A stretch of DNA of 64,000 nt, taken from Octopus sinensis. Its lineage: Eukaryota. The stretch lies in contig NC_043014.1 of NCBI RefSeq assembly GCF_006345805.1, positions 28,396,001 to 28,460,000 on the forward strand, written 5' to 3'. A model generated the notes under the pieces. That model was given only the letters and a program-made list of their open reading frames with translations. It searched no databases and was not told where the DNA came from. The first letter of the stretch is position 1. Each line of letters begins with the position of its first letter. This document shows positions 38,065 through 52,777 of this stretch, piece by piece. The translations under genes were made by a program, and so were the position numbers.

Positions 38065-41000
38065 AATTAATTTCCTGATTTTTTTAGCGCTCGCCTAAAT
38101 GTGTCTACGAAACTTTCTGCTTGCCAATTTGATCTCCGGTGGTACGGCAGAGTAGAGATGTGGTTGATTGCATATCTCTCACAGAAATTTTAAAATTCGT
38201 ACTCCGAAAACTGCATTCCGTTATCCGATGCTATGGTGTCCGGGACACCGTATCGCTCACAAAATTCGTGAAGGAACCTTATTGCTACCATCGAGGCTGG
38301 TTGACTGCATTTACATATCTCCGGCCGCTTGGTAAAGCTGTCCACTATGATCAGATAATACGCGCCGTTTACCGGTCCAGCAAAATCTATATGTAGCCTA
38401 GACCACGGATTGTCTGTCTTAGGCCACGATTGGAATTTTACAGGTGGTGACTTTGCTGCGAGAGCGCAACCTCAGCAGAATTTCACCAATTGTCCAATAT
38501 CACGGTCCATAGTATGCTAATACACGTACCTCTTCATTACTGATTTCATTCTTAAAATCCCTGGGTGTCCCATATGAAATTGATTTAATACACGTTTTGT
38601 AGTGCGGCTGGCACTACAATTCTTTGTGCGTACATCGACACATTATCCCACAGAGCAAAATGGTTTGCATTTGTGTTACGTATATTCTTATTTTCTTTTA
38701 CTAAGTTTCTTTCATCATTCCAGTTTTTAAGTTTACTAAGTTTCTTTCATCATTCTCTGTTTTTAATTTTATAGCTTGAACAGATACTGGTAACTCCCGA
38801 ATGACATTGCACAAAATGTTTTTTATTTCATTTTCCGCTCGCATTACAGCAATCACGGCATCTTCTAATAGTTCCGTATTTTTTGGAATTAGCCTTGATA
38901 AACAATCTGCATGGCCTAACCTCATCTTAAAGTCATAATTCAACAATATCGTACCCCAGCATTGTAACCTATTTGCTGTATGAGTAGGAATTCCTTTCTT
39001 TGACCTCAAAATTGATCATAATGGTCGGTGATCAGTTTGTAGCCGAAAACTTCAACCGTGCAAAAATCTGAAATTTCTTCACGGCAAAAACGATTGCTAG
39101 AGCTTCTTTCTTTATTTGACAACAATTTTGATCTGCTGCTATCAGAGAATGTGGCGCATGAACCACCACCTTCATATTACCGTCTTTATATTTCTGTAGC
39201 AGAAGCGTATTCAGAAGCGCCAGAAGCTACAACAATCTCTGCTGCAGGATCGAAATGAGCCAGCGACAAATCCGATATTAATATTTTTTCGATATCGTCA
39301 AACGCCTTTTGACAATTATTTGACTAATTCCACTTCACATCCTTTTTACACAAATTATTTAGTGGAACTCTCAATTCATGCATATTTGGTATATAATTTT
39401 GATAATAATTCGCTAGACACAGAAAAGCTTGTAAGGTCGTAACATTAGTCGGAGGAGGCATATTTTTAATTGCGACTGTCCTCGACAGGTCCGGTCATCG
39501 TCTATTTCTGTCAATGATTTGTCCTAGATACTTAATTTTAGGTAAGAAAAATTCACATTTTTCCTTACTCAGTGTGAAACTGTAATCTCTTATTTTTTCA
39601 AAAATACATTTTACTTGCTTGATATGTTGATCATGAATTCACTTTTAATTTATGTCATCCAGGTATGGAACTGTGAATTCACAGCCCGCTAACTTGTTGA
39701 AAATTTGAAGGTGTGACCTTTAGACCAAATGGTAATCTGTTATATTAATATAGTCTTTTATGCGTATTTGCTGTTAGGTATTTTGAACATTCCTCGTCTA
39801 CTCTAATTTGTAGGTACGTATCGGAGAGATCCAGTTTTGAAAATATCTTGCCCCCGTTTAACATCGTAAAAATATCCACCGGAGTAGGTGGTGGATAGTG
39901 ACGCGTTTTCAAACATCCATTGAAGCTAGTGGGAAAATTGGCATATGCCCTGATTTTGTTATTCTTTGTTTTAATACATACCGTTGGAGCTGCTCAATTT
40001 GCATATTCCACTTTTTGGATGACTCCAATTTTCTCTAATCTGTCTAATCGACATGTTTTATCGCAGCAAAAGGTACCGTTCTTTTTGGTTTGAACACTGG
40101 TATTGCGTTTTCCTTAATTTGGAAACACGCCTCAGTCTTAGTACACAAGCCTAATTTATCCGACAACAGTTCAGGAAAAGCATTTTGAAATTTTTTCTTC
40201 AATTCATCTGACGCCTTATTCTTAATGGAGGAACAGTCATTTATGTTTTGCAGAACAGATTTATGGGGAGGTCTCATAAATCAAACAACTCCATCCAGTC
40301 AGTACCGAACACGTTTGTTGGATTTTTTAACACAAACTCTTTTGCTTTACAGGTTTTACCTCGAAATGTAATGTCTCTTACCGTTTCGCTAAGGAAGTGT
40401 AATTTTTCACTTGTGACGCTGCGCACACTTTTCGATGTTTTCTTTAATGTAGGTTTCCTAATTTTTTTCCACGTGTCTGGATCAATAGTTATAATGTCAC
40501 TACCTGTGTCTAGTTGTAGTTTTACGTTCGCGTCGTTATCTTTACACACGCATTCTTTCTCCTTTAGGTGTCATTACGACTTTCCGTTGAGTAAACCATT
40601 TTAGAGGAATTTTTTTCCGACCTTTTTTGCTTCGCTGTAGAATGCGAGCTATTATGTCCTATTTTTTGACAACAAAGACGTTTCCGAGTTTTATATGGAC
40701 AGTTTTTCTTAAAATGCAGACCTCCACACCCACAGCATAGATTTGGTCGTAACATTCTTTTTTTTAAATTTATTCCTGGTCGACATGTCTGTACTTGAGG
40801 GAAATTTCTTCAATTTTTCTTTACGTCCTCCTCTGCTACTGTCTGCAGGGTTAAATTCTGGTCCTCCGATTCTAGTTTTGTGAGAATCTGTATACGTATT
40901 TCTGCATCTTTGTTTGCCTTCAAACCTCGCACAAAGATGAGGACTTTAACCATACCCAGAGATAATTCCTTTAGTTTAAATTTTCGCGCATTTTGTTTAC

Positions 41001-41500
41001 GATTCCGGCAACACACACAGTGAATGTTAAACAGGGAACTCTTATCACTCAACATTTTGGATAGCAATTCATTTATTTCCTCGAACCAAATTCCCTTTTT
41101 TTCTTAGGCAAGATAAAATTGTAGTATTTTTCATGTTCTGATGGACCTAGTTCCTGTAACTGTAATCTTACTTTTTCATCGTCTGTCCAACACTTGCATT
41201 TTCTTTGAAGATTTCTTCGTATTTGCTGAAGTACGTCGAAAAAGTTATGCCTTCTTCTGGGTTATAACTAAATTCAGTTATAACATGCGCTATGCCGTCT
41301 GGCGAAAACGAACTTGCAGTTTCCCGTCTTCAACATCAGTTCCAGCAACTGATTGTGGTTTAGCTGTTGCTGATGTTGCTGTTGCTTTTGCGACTGTAAT
41401 ATGTCAGCTTCTAAGTCTTCCATGATTAACGAATTTTTTGTATCATAAAAACTTGATAGTGTCCAATGTAAGCTTCGAATCACATGTCGCCACTTTTATA
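38065..41500 (-). mobile_element. Gypsy/Ty3 LTR retrotransposon internal region (Mag-like), degenerate
   Basis: Minus-strand order: PBS-like TGGCGAC (~41490); gag with CCHC knuckle CCGCGGLHFKKNC (~40740); protease LDTGS (~40510); RT FSKLDLSDTYLQI, YNRLPFG, YLDD (39654-39665); RNase H IPTHTANRLQCWGTILLNYDF..GHADCLSRL; integrase PWSRLHIDFAGP, IVDSFTK, SDNGMQF, PYH..SN..AESFVDTF. Confidence 0.93.
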
Positions 41501-41880
41501 ACGTGGTTTCTGTATATGTCATCTTAGTGTCGTGTTCTAATACAGTGAGATGTTTAGAACCATGGAACGGGGTAGTCACCAACCGTCTCCACTTGATGTT
41601 TTCCCAAATACTCTGCCACCAACTATAACCATTCCAAAATATCACTCAACGAACTGTAACAACTCAACAATTTCCTGCGACACCTCGAATTCCCGAACGA
41701 CACCTTTCGACTTCCTGCAATTTCTCATCTCTCGCTCTCAGAAAAACACGTTACTACTTATACGAATTCGGCTAGTCCATTCTCACAGGGGGTGTCATGA
41801 TTCTCGCACTAATTATTTTCATTCTTACTTCTTGATCTTTTTTGTTTCTTTGCTCCTCCGGGCTACACTTCCTCACCGCA
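41496..41880 (-). repeat. Putative 5' LTR of the Gypsy element
   Basis: Non-coding block immediately upstream (minus strand) of the PBS-like motif; no second copy is seen, so limits are uncertain. Confidence 0.35.
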
Positions 41881-41935
41881 TGATGAAATTGCCGAGTCGA
41901 TAACTTCCGCGTGCGGGCGTGTGTGTGTGTGTGTG

Positions 41936-41981
<46 letters not shown>

Positions 41982-42749
41982 GTGTGTGTCTGTGCTTGTG
42001 CTTGTAGGAGGGAGAGAGGACGGAGAGAGAGAGTGTGTGTGTAGGTTATACTGAGATTTCACCTTATTGTTTGCTTAGGTTGCGGAAAGTGTTATTACTG
42101 ATGCCGTAGACCGTTCTTGCTGTTGTTGCTCCTGGCAGCCTCTCTGTTGCGAATAATGTTACTGCTGCAAACGCTGGTACTGTCCCTCTTGTTTCTTTTG
42201 TCTTCGCATCTTTATTTTGTTTTGTTATTGACCCTATTGCTGTTGTCACTGTGTTTTCCCGCCTAGTTGCTGTTTTTGTTGCTGCGATCATGTCTGCAGC
42301 AGCGGGGCCCTGTCTTTCCTCTTTACTGTTTTCGCTGTGGGGCCGAACACTCGTAGATAGTCCATCGTTTCAGAGACGCTGCATCTCGGTCGTCTACCCT
42401 CCACAATTACAGTCTGGGATCCTCTGCAGTTGATCTGGCTTTATATGGAGAAGAGCAGCTAGTATGGTCCTAATCCAATTATCGCAGTTTATTCTTTTAA
42501 CAGCTAGGAGAGTACCTATCGTTATCGGTGCTTTAGTGACCGTGAAATAAACAAATTCACCGAGGCTGTTTGGTAACGTCAACATCCATGGGCTCCAAAA
42601 GACCAACACCCAAAGAATAACCTACATGCTCAGAAAGGCGCTCTCCTTGAAATAGTGACAACTTACTCCTTGGCGCTCTAGGACTATGAATGGGATTCTG
42701 GTTCTATAACGAAGGAACAACAGCAGAATCAGTTGATAAGAATAATTCT

Positions 42750-42994
42750 TTCTACCATAGGCAAAGACATGAAATTTTTGGGGGAGGGGGTAAATCGATT
42801 ACATCAATCCTGCTGCTTGACTTGTACTTAATTTATCGACCCCAAAAGGATGAAAGTCGAAGTCGATCAGGGGAGAATTTGAACTCAGAACGTAAAGACG
42901 GATGAAAAGCCGCTAAGCGCTTTGTCTGGCGTGCCAACGATTATGCCAGCCTGCTGCCTTAATAATGATAATAATAATAATAATAATAATAATA

Positions 42995-43025
<31 letters not shown>

Positions 43026-43445
43026 CTTTTCTACTCTAGGCACAAGGCCCGAAATTTTGTGGGAGGTGGCCAGTCGATTAGATCGACCCCAGTACGCAAC
43101 TGGTACTTATTTTATCGACCCCGAAAGGATGAAAGGCAAAGTTGACCTCGGCGAAATTTGAACTCAGAACGTAAAGACAGACGAAATACTGCTAAGCATT
43201 TTGCCCTACGCGCTATCGTTTCTGCCAGAAAAATAATAATAATAATAATAATAATAATAATCCTTTCTACTAAAGGCACAAGGCCTGAAATTTTGGAGGA
43301 GGGGACTAGTCGATTACATCGACCCCAGTGTATTACCGCTACTTAATTTATTGACACCGAGAGGATGAAAGGCAAAGTCTACCTGGCGGAATGCCGCTAA
43401 GCATTTTGTCGGGAATGTTAACGATTCTACCAGTCAGTCGCCTTA
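42750..43445 (-). mobile_element. Three SINE family A (tail type 1) copies separated by (AAT)n
   Basis: Copies at ~42750-42960, ~43027-43228 and ~43262-43443. Confidence 0.88.
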
Positions 43446-44054
43446 ATAATGATAATGATAATAATAATGACGACGACGACGACGATGACGACGACGATGA
43501 CGATGATGATGATGATAACAACAACAACAACAGCAACAAATAAGAGAGTTACGAACATTTCTAAAACAGAGACACTGCTGTAGCAACAGCAAGCCAAATT
43601 TTGATTGCTCTAACATTAAGATAGGAAGACAATCGGTGATTCTTATAAACGCACTCTCTACGCATGCCCAGAGGAATGCATAATTTCCCAAAGTCGTTTG
43701 AATTGAAGTTTTTAGAATGTCATTTATTTTAATTTTAATTTTAATGGATTATAAATTTTGTCTTAAAATAAAATCTAGTCAGAAGGATAAATTTAATGTC
43801 CTCTGATCAAAATTCAATTTGGTTTGACTCAGTTAATTTTTTTATTATTTTTATCTTTCCTTCACAAGGCTCTAAATTTCTTTGTTTGTTTCTTTTTCTG
43901 TCTGTCTGTCCCTCCCTTCCCCTCATCTCTCCTCATCTCTCTTAGCTTGTTCTATCCTCGTGTCCAAGATTTTATCTCTTTTGACAAGGTCTTTTATTTC
44001 TGCTGCAAGCTTCGTTACTCTTACATCATTGATGTTTGCGACAGATTCTGGTTG

Positions 44055-44416
44055 CTATAAGCACGACGATGACGACGACAACCACCAGCACCACCATCAC
44101 CAGCACCACCAGCGCCACCACCAGCACCAGCACCATCACCATCACCACCACCATCACCACCAGCACCAGCACCAGCACCAGCACCACCACCATCACCACC
44201 ACCACCACCACCACCACCTCCAGCACCATCAGCACCAGCACTAGCACCACCACCATCACCACCACCACCACCACCACCACCACCACCACCACTACAATTA
44301 CCATCTTCACCGCTATCACCAACATTACCATCATCAGCACTGCTTTGACAATTCCCTACACGACCACCACCATAACCCTCTCCATGAATCTTAATATCAC
44401 CCCACCACCACCACCA

Positions 44417-44450
<34 letters not shown>

Positions 44451-44690
44451 CACGCCACCACCGCTGCTGCCACAGCCATAGTGTCACAACTGGAACAATT
44501 ACTCTCGTTAGTTTCACTATCATGACCACCATCGCCACCAATACCACCTTATCTATTACTTTTACGTCCACCATTACCAATACAGAACTCTCCAAAGCCA
44601 GCACTAGCACCACCAGCACCAGCAGCACAACCACCAGCACCACCACCAGCACCACCACCAGCACCTCTACTATCATCGCTGTCGTAGTTG
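44055..44690. repeat. Degenerate (CAC/CAG/CAT)n trinucleotide field
   Basis: Directly visible; explains the Thr/His-rich pseudo-ORFs. Confidence 0.85.
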
Positions 44691-46413
44691 TTTCCATGAC
44701 GCCAGAGAATTGTTATTGTGAACGCTGTGTCACTCATTACCGTTACAATGGAGGAAATAGAATTGAAGTGGCCTACCCCATATGCTATATTCTCGAACAC
44801 TATCAACACTTTACACTATACAACATTTACTACAATGCACTGCTATCCATCGTACTACTCTATACTGCAGTAGATAACACTACATTTCGCAGCAATGCAT
44901 CGTAGACCACAATATATCAACTCACATCGTATCATATTGCACCCCATTAAGTTGTATCATATCATACTATAACCAGTTACAAAGAGCCTACAAAAGAGCT
45001 TCTACCTGCTAGAAAATGTCAACTATCCCTCAAATCACATTGCCATTTTAAATAGGAAGGGCACACTGAAAATATAACGCCTGGTGTATATATATATATA
45101 TATATAAAGATGTAATGGTCAAAGGATCATAGATTTGCTGAATCAAGGTTGACCAAGGGCTAAGAAACGACATCGAATTCAACGGCAACAACACATTATG
45201 CCTCGTAACACTTTGTTACGTTACTTTAAACTACACTGCATTACACTATTACAACATTTTTAACTCTTGGTGTTTCATCTCTGAGGAAAGTGTAACAGAA
45301 ATGGTGAGATATAAGACTTAACTTGTAGTATTATGTCCTTTCCTTCTCCATTCTGAGTTAAACTCTCATCCAAGTTTTTTTTTTGTCTTTCTGTTGCCGA
45401 TAAAATAAGAAGCGGTTATTATTGTTGCCGAGAAAATCATTATATCCTTTTCTGACCTAAATTGGTATCTACCACATAAAACAGTTTACAAGAATAATAA
45501 TATCAAAGCCTGTTGAAAGATAATAATGTCATCAAAGCCAGGTCAAATAAAATATATAAATAAAAGGATTAACTAAATCTATTTGACCTATAAAGATTAG
45601 CTAGAATTATTTTGTCACCGGCACCATCCATGTCTTTAGAAAAGATAATTTCTCAAAGATTCAATGCATTTGCCGAAATTACGTACCAAGAGGATGGTCT
45701 ATTACCGTTATAAACCAAAATAAAATTTAAAGTTAATTCTTTCGTAGATTTCTTGTTTTAGACCCAATTATCATTCCAGATGAGAGATAGATAATCCCTC
45801 GACGGAGGCGCAGCTAAAACTGTAATAGAAAACACCCTCATTTGATAAGCAGTTAAGTCATTCTATAACTGATGTGTGCTTCGTTTAATCTATGCAGAGC
45901 TGAAATCTGATAATGAGCAAAGTATGAGAAGGAACGCTGTTCTATCCAGGCGCAAGGAAGTGTCTCAACTCCACTTCACACTGTCCAAGGTTAGCAGGGG
46001 GTACAATTAACATAAATCTGCAAAACTAATCTGATATAATTTAGATTGACAAGAAGAGTTATCCTTTTTTGCGGTAATAATAGTAGTAGTGGCTGCGGTA
46101 GTAATGGTACGAATTGATGGTGGGTAGTAGTAGTAGTAGTAAGAACGTCAGTGTAGGCTGCTGTACAATGCACAGTGTTATATAACAGTTTCAGGGGAAT
46201 TATGTTTAAAGCCTGCCCAACATAAACAGTGGCACTATCTGCGGCAGTTAGAGAGATGCTGTTTGTATCTGTCTCCCTGTGTGTAGTTGTATCATTGTCA
46301 GTATATATATATATGTGTGTGTGTATGTATGTATGTATGTATGTATGTATGTATGTATGTATGTATGTATGTATGTATGTATGTATGTATGTATTGATGC
46401 GTGGATGTGTGAA

Positions 46414-46792
46414 GGCATAGGCATGGTTCTGTGGTAAGAACCTTGCTTCCCAACCACATGGTTCCGGGTTCAGTCCCACTGCGTGGCACCTTGGGAAAGT
46501 GTCTTCTGCTATAGCCTTGGGCTGACCGAAGCCTTGTGACTGAATATGGGAGACGGAAACTGAAAGAAGCCCGTCGTATATATGTGTGTTTGTTTGTGTG
46601 TCTATTTGTCACACCACCATCGCTTGACGACCGATGCTGGTGTGCTTACGTTCCTGTAACTGAGCTCTTTGGCAAAAGAGACCGATAGAATAAGTACTAA
46701 GCTTACAAAGAATAAGTCGTGGGGTAGATTTGCTCGACTAAAGGCGATGCTCTAGCATGGCCTCAGTCAAATGACTGAAACAAGTAAAAGAA
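46414..46792 (+). mobile_element. Full-length SINE family B
   Basis: Aligns end to end with 27918-28317; ends ATGACTGAAACAAGTAAAAGA. Confidence 0.9.
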
Positions 46793-46813
46793 TATAAGAA
46801 TAAAACTATACAT

Positions 46814-46863
<50 letters not shown>

Positions 46864-47956
46864 ATATATATATTATTATATAATATATATCTATATACAT
46901 CTGTACTTGTGTCGTTTATGATGTGTGTATATGTGTGTGGTGGTGTGTGTACAGCAGTAACTGTAATTACGGCATTTGTAACAGTGAAAGCATTTGTAGC
47001 TGTAACATTATCGTTGTTACAATGTCATTATTCGGAGTGTAATAGTTTCATTATATGTTGCAGCAATGATTTCAATGTCTCCTGTTTGTGAAGTATCATT
47101 GTGTGCATTTCACATAGTAGTTGTGTCACTATGTGTAGCCTTAAAAATGACACTGTGCAACATTAACAGTAGTAATATGTGATGCTGTAATAATATCACA
47201 ACATGCAATTGCAACAAAGGCATTATGTACATCTGAAATATTGTCAGTGCATGCAACTACTGCAGTGGCTTCATCTGCAGCAGTGACTGTAGAAGTGTGC
47301 ACAGGTGTAATAGTATCAGTACGTGCATCTATAGAAATGATACTATCTGTAACAGCAACTATGGCCGTGTAAACATCTCTAAAAATAAAAGTGTGTGCAG
47401 TAAGTGAAACTGATAGAAATGACATGTGTAGCTATTAGATTAGATGTGTACGCAATAGTAAAGACAATGAGCTCATCAGCAACAATAAGACAATGCAAGG
47501 GGATAACATCGGCAGTATGTTGTGCAACAGTAATAAGAAGAGCGTTGTGTATAGATCTAACGATGGAAACACGCACAGCAGTAGTGGGGAAATGTGCAGC
47601 AGTAACGATGTTGGAGTATGTGTGCAGCGCACCGGTGGAAATGGAGGTGCATCAGTAACAGTGGCTGCATACGCAGCATTAACTGTAGTAGCCTGTGAAA
47701 AAAGTAATAGAGGTAGTGTGAGGTGCTATAGCAACAACATTGATTGCAACTGCAATAGTAGTACTGCGGTGGAGCTGTAACACCGGCGATGTGTACATGA
47801 GAAACAATGGCATTGTGTGCACCTGCAACAGTGACAATATGTGCAGCTGTTATTGTCGCTCTGTGTGCAAGCAGTAGTAACACTGACAATGTGTGTGACT
47901 GTAGCTGCAGAAGGGCTTAAAATTATTTGTAGTAGTAGTAGTAGTAGTAGTAGTAA

Positions 47957-47987
<31 letters not shown>

Positions 47988-48899
47988 TGTCTTTGTGAGA
48001 TCTTTAGACGAAGCGAGCTCCGTTGCCGAAGTTGAGAGTTACAAGTATTGCAGCAGATGCAGAAGAGGCAACATCAGTATTAGTTTGTGGGCATCAGTAG
48101 CAGCAGCAACAGCAGTATCAGCAGCAGCAGCAGCATCTACAACAGCAGCAATGAAAGCAACAAGGGAGATGGGTGTGGGTGGGGTGGGATGGTGGGTGAT
48201 GGTTTGCAGCAGTAGTTTTGTGAACTCTGCAAAATGCTGTAACAATAGCAAGATTGTGCAACAGCAGCAATTGTACAACAACAATGCTAACAACAGCAGC
48301 AGCAGTACCACCACCACCACCACCACCACCACCACCACCACCACTACCACCGCCATCACGACACAAGGAACAAGTCTCTATTGGTTTGCTCGGCCTACTA
48401 GAAACAGCCGCTAAATTTCACCTCGCATGAAAGAGAAAAAAATGCATATTGCTTAATGTAGTCTTAGATGAATAAGACGGAATGGTCACGGCTGGAATGC
48501 CTTTGATCATAGGTCTGCTGGAGCACAGTTGACCTGGGGTTAAACAAATACGGCCGCTACAATATTAATGTTAACAGAACAGTGAAACCATAAGAAACAG
48601 AAACATTCACACGACAATAAGAAAATAGCAACGGCGTTAAAGAGCCGATAGGAGAACCATTTTGTGGTCTCTCGAAATGCTAGACATAGCAGCCAACTCC
48701 TGCTCAAATCAAAGCTTGCCGTCTTAAAAAAATGTATAAACCCGATAGTCATGCCTAGAGCTTCGGTCATAGATCTGCTCGATTACAGCTGATTTATTGC
48801 TGAACGACCACAACAGCAATAACAATATCAACAACATTTATATAACATTTTCTCCAACACCGTTTCTTTCGCCACCATTTATATCCTGTGTCTTTGGTA

Positions 48900-48940
48900 A
48901 ATGTGATTGTTGCTTTCGGTTGTGGCTTTAGGGATTGTTG

Positions 48941-48971
<31 letters not shown>

Positions 48972-49331
48972 CTGTGGTGGCTGGGAAGGGGTGCAATAGT
49001 GATATTGTGGGCCGTGGAGAAAGGCAGCGGTGGCGACGGCGGTGGTGGCGAAGTGATATTCGTTATAGTGACAAAGGTGGTAGTGGCCGTGGTGGGAGAT
49101 GATAGTATTTTTTAGTAGCAGTAGTAGTTGTGGCGGTGATAGTGGTAGTGGTAGTGTCAGCGGGTATATAGTGATAGTGCTAGTGGTTGTGGTGGTGGCG
49201 GTGATGGAGGTGTGATGGCAGCGAAATTAAGATGGCGGCGGCGGCGGTGGTGGTGGTGGTGGTAGTGCTTGAAAGAAAGTTATAGCAGAAATAGTGGTAC
49301 CGTTGATAATAATGTTAGTAGTAGCAGTCGT

Positions 49332-49380
<49 letters not shown>

Positions 49381-49488
49381 GTAGTAGTAGTAGTAGTAGC
49401 AGCAGCGGTGTTAGTAATAGTAGTAGTGTTGGTAGTAGTGGCTTTGATAGCAGGGATAGTGGACGCAGTGATATGTATGTGTGTGTGA

Positions 49489-49542
<54 letters not shown>

Positions 49543-50760
49543 AGAGTAATACCTAATAGTAATACTGTTAGTGGTTATGATGGCGACGATGTCTGTGATA
49601 GGCGTTAGGTTTCTTTCTTTTTTATTTAACCCATGCCAACCCCGATTGAGCAAACTTATCATTACTAACGTTCCAGCTGTGACCATCCCATCGTTTTTTT
49701 TCCTTGCTAATTTTATATGCTGTGGGCCCAGTACTACATTATCTAATGTCTTTTTATTAAAACTGTGGAAGATAGGAGATTTGAGTGAAATTTGGTTGAT
49801 ATTTCTAGCAAGTTGAGCGACTCCTTGGGGAGTCTCTCACGGTAGCTATTAAAGGTAGTGGCGATGATGTTGATAATGATGCTGACTGTGATGATGGCGA
49901 TGGTTTTTGATGTGGTCACAGTAGGGATAGTAGTTGTAGTGGTAGTAATGGTGCTATTAGTAGACCGGAGAGACGTGGAGGTTTAATGGTATTCATAATG
50001 GCATGATGATGGTGTTGGCGGTGGTGGAGGTGGTGGTGGTGGTGGTGTTGGTGGTAGAGGAGATGGTGATTGTGTTGGCTATGGGGAAAATAAATTGTGA
50101 CAGAAGTGACGGCGGCGGTGGTGGTGGTGATGTTAGTTGCCGTGGTATAATGGTAGTTATAGTGGCAGTGGTGGTGGTCTTGATGATGGAGGTTTGAGGG
50201 TGGGGGTAATTGTAGTAGTGGTGTGGTGTTGGTGATGGTGATGGTGATGGTAGTGTTGGTGGTGGTGGTGGCAGTGGTGACAGTAACGGTAGTTATATAT
50301 TGTGTTGATGGTGGTGGTGGTGGGTAGTAATATTAGTAACAGCTATGACATTGGTGTTGGAAGTGGTGGATGGAATGATACACGTAATGGTATCGGCAAT
50401 AGTATGAGTAATAGTAGTCATAGTGGTAGAGGTGGCGAAAGTAGTGACGGTGGTAGTAGTTGTGGCAGTGATGGAAAGGTAATGATGTGACAACGGTAGT
50501 GGTAACAACAGAACTGTGAGAGTGGTGGTGATGGTGTTGGTGGAGGTAGTGGTCGTGTTGGTGGTTGTGATGGTGTTAGTGTTGTTGTTGTTGGTGGTGG
50601 TATTAGTGATGTCGTTGATTGTGAAGTGTTGGTGGTAGTAGTTGTAGTAGACGTTGTGACAGACGCAGTGATATTGGCTGTATGGATGATAGTGGTGATG
50701 GTGACGGCGGTGGCGGTGGTGGTATCAGTGGTATTAGTAATGATGGTCAGTGGTGATGGT
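48900..50760. repeat. Degenerate (GGT/AGT/GAT)n trinucleotide field
   Basis: Directly visible, with (ATT)n and (TG)n inserts. Confidence 0.8.
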
Positions 50761-51516
50761 CATATTTTAAAACGTTGTTGTTGAGTTTAAACGTCAGCCT
50801 CGATCAAGGACATCCCAGGCGACCATTCCGTTCTTTTTGGTAAGATCTACAGAGGGTTTCAAAAGTCTCTTTAGCTTTAAAATAAACTGGCTAAAACAAG
50901 CAAGGTCATATGAGGTCAGTTGAGCTTCTAATGCACGTCTCGCTTCTCCCACGCTCTTTCTCTCTCCTCCACATCACAATTCTTCACTACAACCTTTAAT
51001 CACCTCCTCCAATATATTCATTATGCACCGCCACGGGCCTTCCTTCATTTATTGGGTCCCACAACTCAGCGAAACGAGGATAGCTTTAGCCCTCATTCGT
51101 ACTGCCAGCAACCCGAGGCAATCCGGGCCACCCTCCAGGTATTTGAACTAGGTATGCCGGTGCAATTGAATTTGCCCTTATAGCGTGCAGTTTTAGAAAA
51201 CTGATAAGTCTTTCATCTTTTGATAAAGACATTTTCCCTAATATCCATAAAACAGTAAAACAATATGTTTATCAAAAGATATTTACAACAAAGTATTAAA
51301 CATAGTATTAAGAATATATAAAAACCGAAATGCAACAAAATAGTTAAAATAAAGAATTAAGCGCTACCGAGATCCCTGAACCACCTAGTAAGATTAGATT
51401 ATTGAAATTTGTCCTTCCATTTTTGAAACAATAGGTTTTGATTTGAGAAATGTATTGGGCAATCGTTCAATTTAATGTAACATTATTTTTAATATAACAT
51501 AAACAGAACCGTATCT

Positions 51517-51586
<70 letters not shown>

Positions 51587-52175
51587 ATCTATCTATCTAT
51601 CTATCTATCTATGTGTGTGTGTATATGTATAATATATAATATATATATATATATATATTTATTATATATATATTGTATGTATGTATATATACACACATGT
51701 ATATGTATGCATATACTTATAAAAAGCAAGTTTGTACGTTGACATTAATAGCACCCAATATATTTGTAAAATATAATTTTTCGTGTTTTCAACTAATCTG
51801 ACCTCCAAAATGAACGTATATATATATATATATATATATATAGAATATTATATATATATATATATATATTATAATATATATATATATATATATCTGAGTG
51901 TGTGTGTGTTTTATTATGTATATATGTCTGTGCGTGCGTGTGTGCGTGGTATGTGAGTGTATATATATATATATATATATATATAAATTTATATATATAT
52001 ATATCTATAATATATATATATATATATACAATATATATATATATATATACATATTATATATATATATATATATACATATTTATACTATGACATATGTACA
52101 TACGTCATATCTCTCTCTCTCAATCTCTCCTCTCTCTCTCTATATATATATATTTATTGTCCAAATTTATGTATG

Positions 52176-52226
<51 letters not shown>

Positions 52227-52710
52227 ATATATATATATATATATATATATAATCTTACGTGTATATACATACGGAGAGTGAAAGAGGGTGAGAGAGAGAG
52301 GTAGGAGAGAGAGAGAGGAGAGAGAGAGAGACTAGAGAGAGAGAGAGAGACGAGGGACGAGAGAGAGAGAGAGAGCATAAGATTTGGTTGCTATTTCTAA
52401 CAGAACGGTCGGCCATATAGCTGGTCCTTTTTGGCTCGTAATGGCGTTAGGTTTGTTGTTGGTGCTGCAGGTAGTGGTGGCTGACAGGGTATCTTCAGTT
52501 TTAATGTTGATGTTTGTTGGTGGTAAGCTTCAGTGGTTGTAGAAGTGCTAGGATATATGTTCGGGATGCGCGTGCGCGCGAGATATAGATAAAGAGAGAG
52601 AGAGAGAGACGGATGGGGTGAGAGAGAGGGGGAGAGAGACGGATGGGGTGAGAGTGAGAGAGAGAGGAAGATATAGATAGATAAATAGATAGATAGATAG
52701 ACAGACTGAC

Positions 52711-52777
<67 letters not shown>

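Noticed and set aside
44055-50760. (CAC)n field and (GTG)n field as a giant inverted repeat
   Set aside because: Complementarity is only that of low-complexity triplets; no specific alignment is visible.
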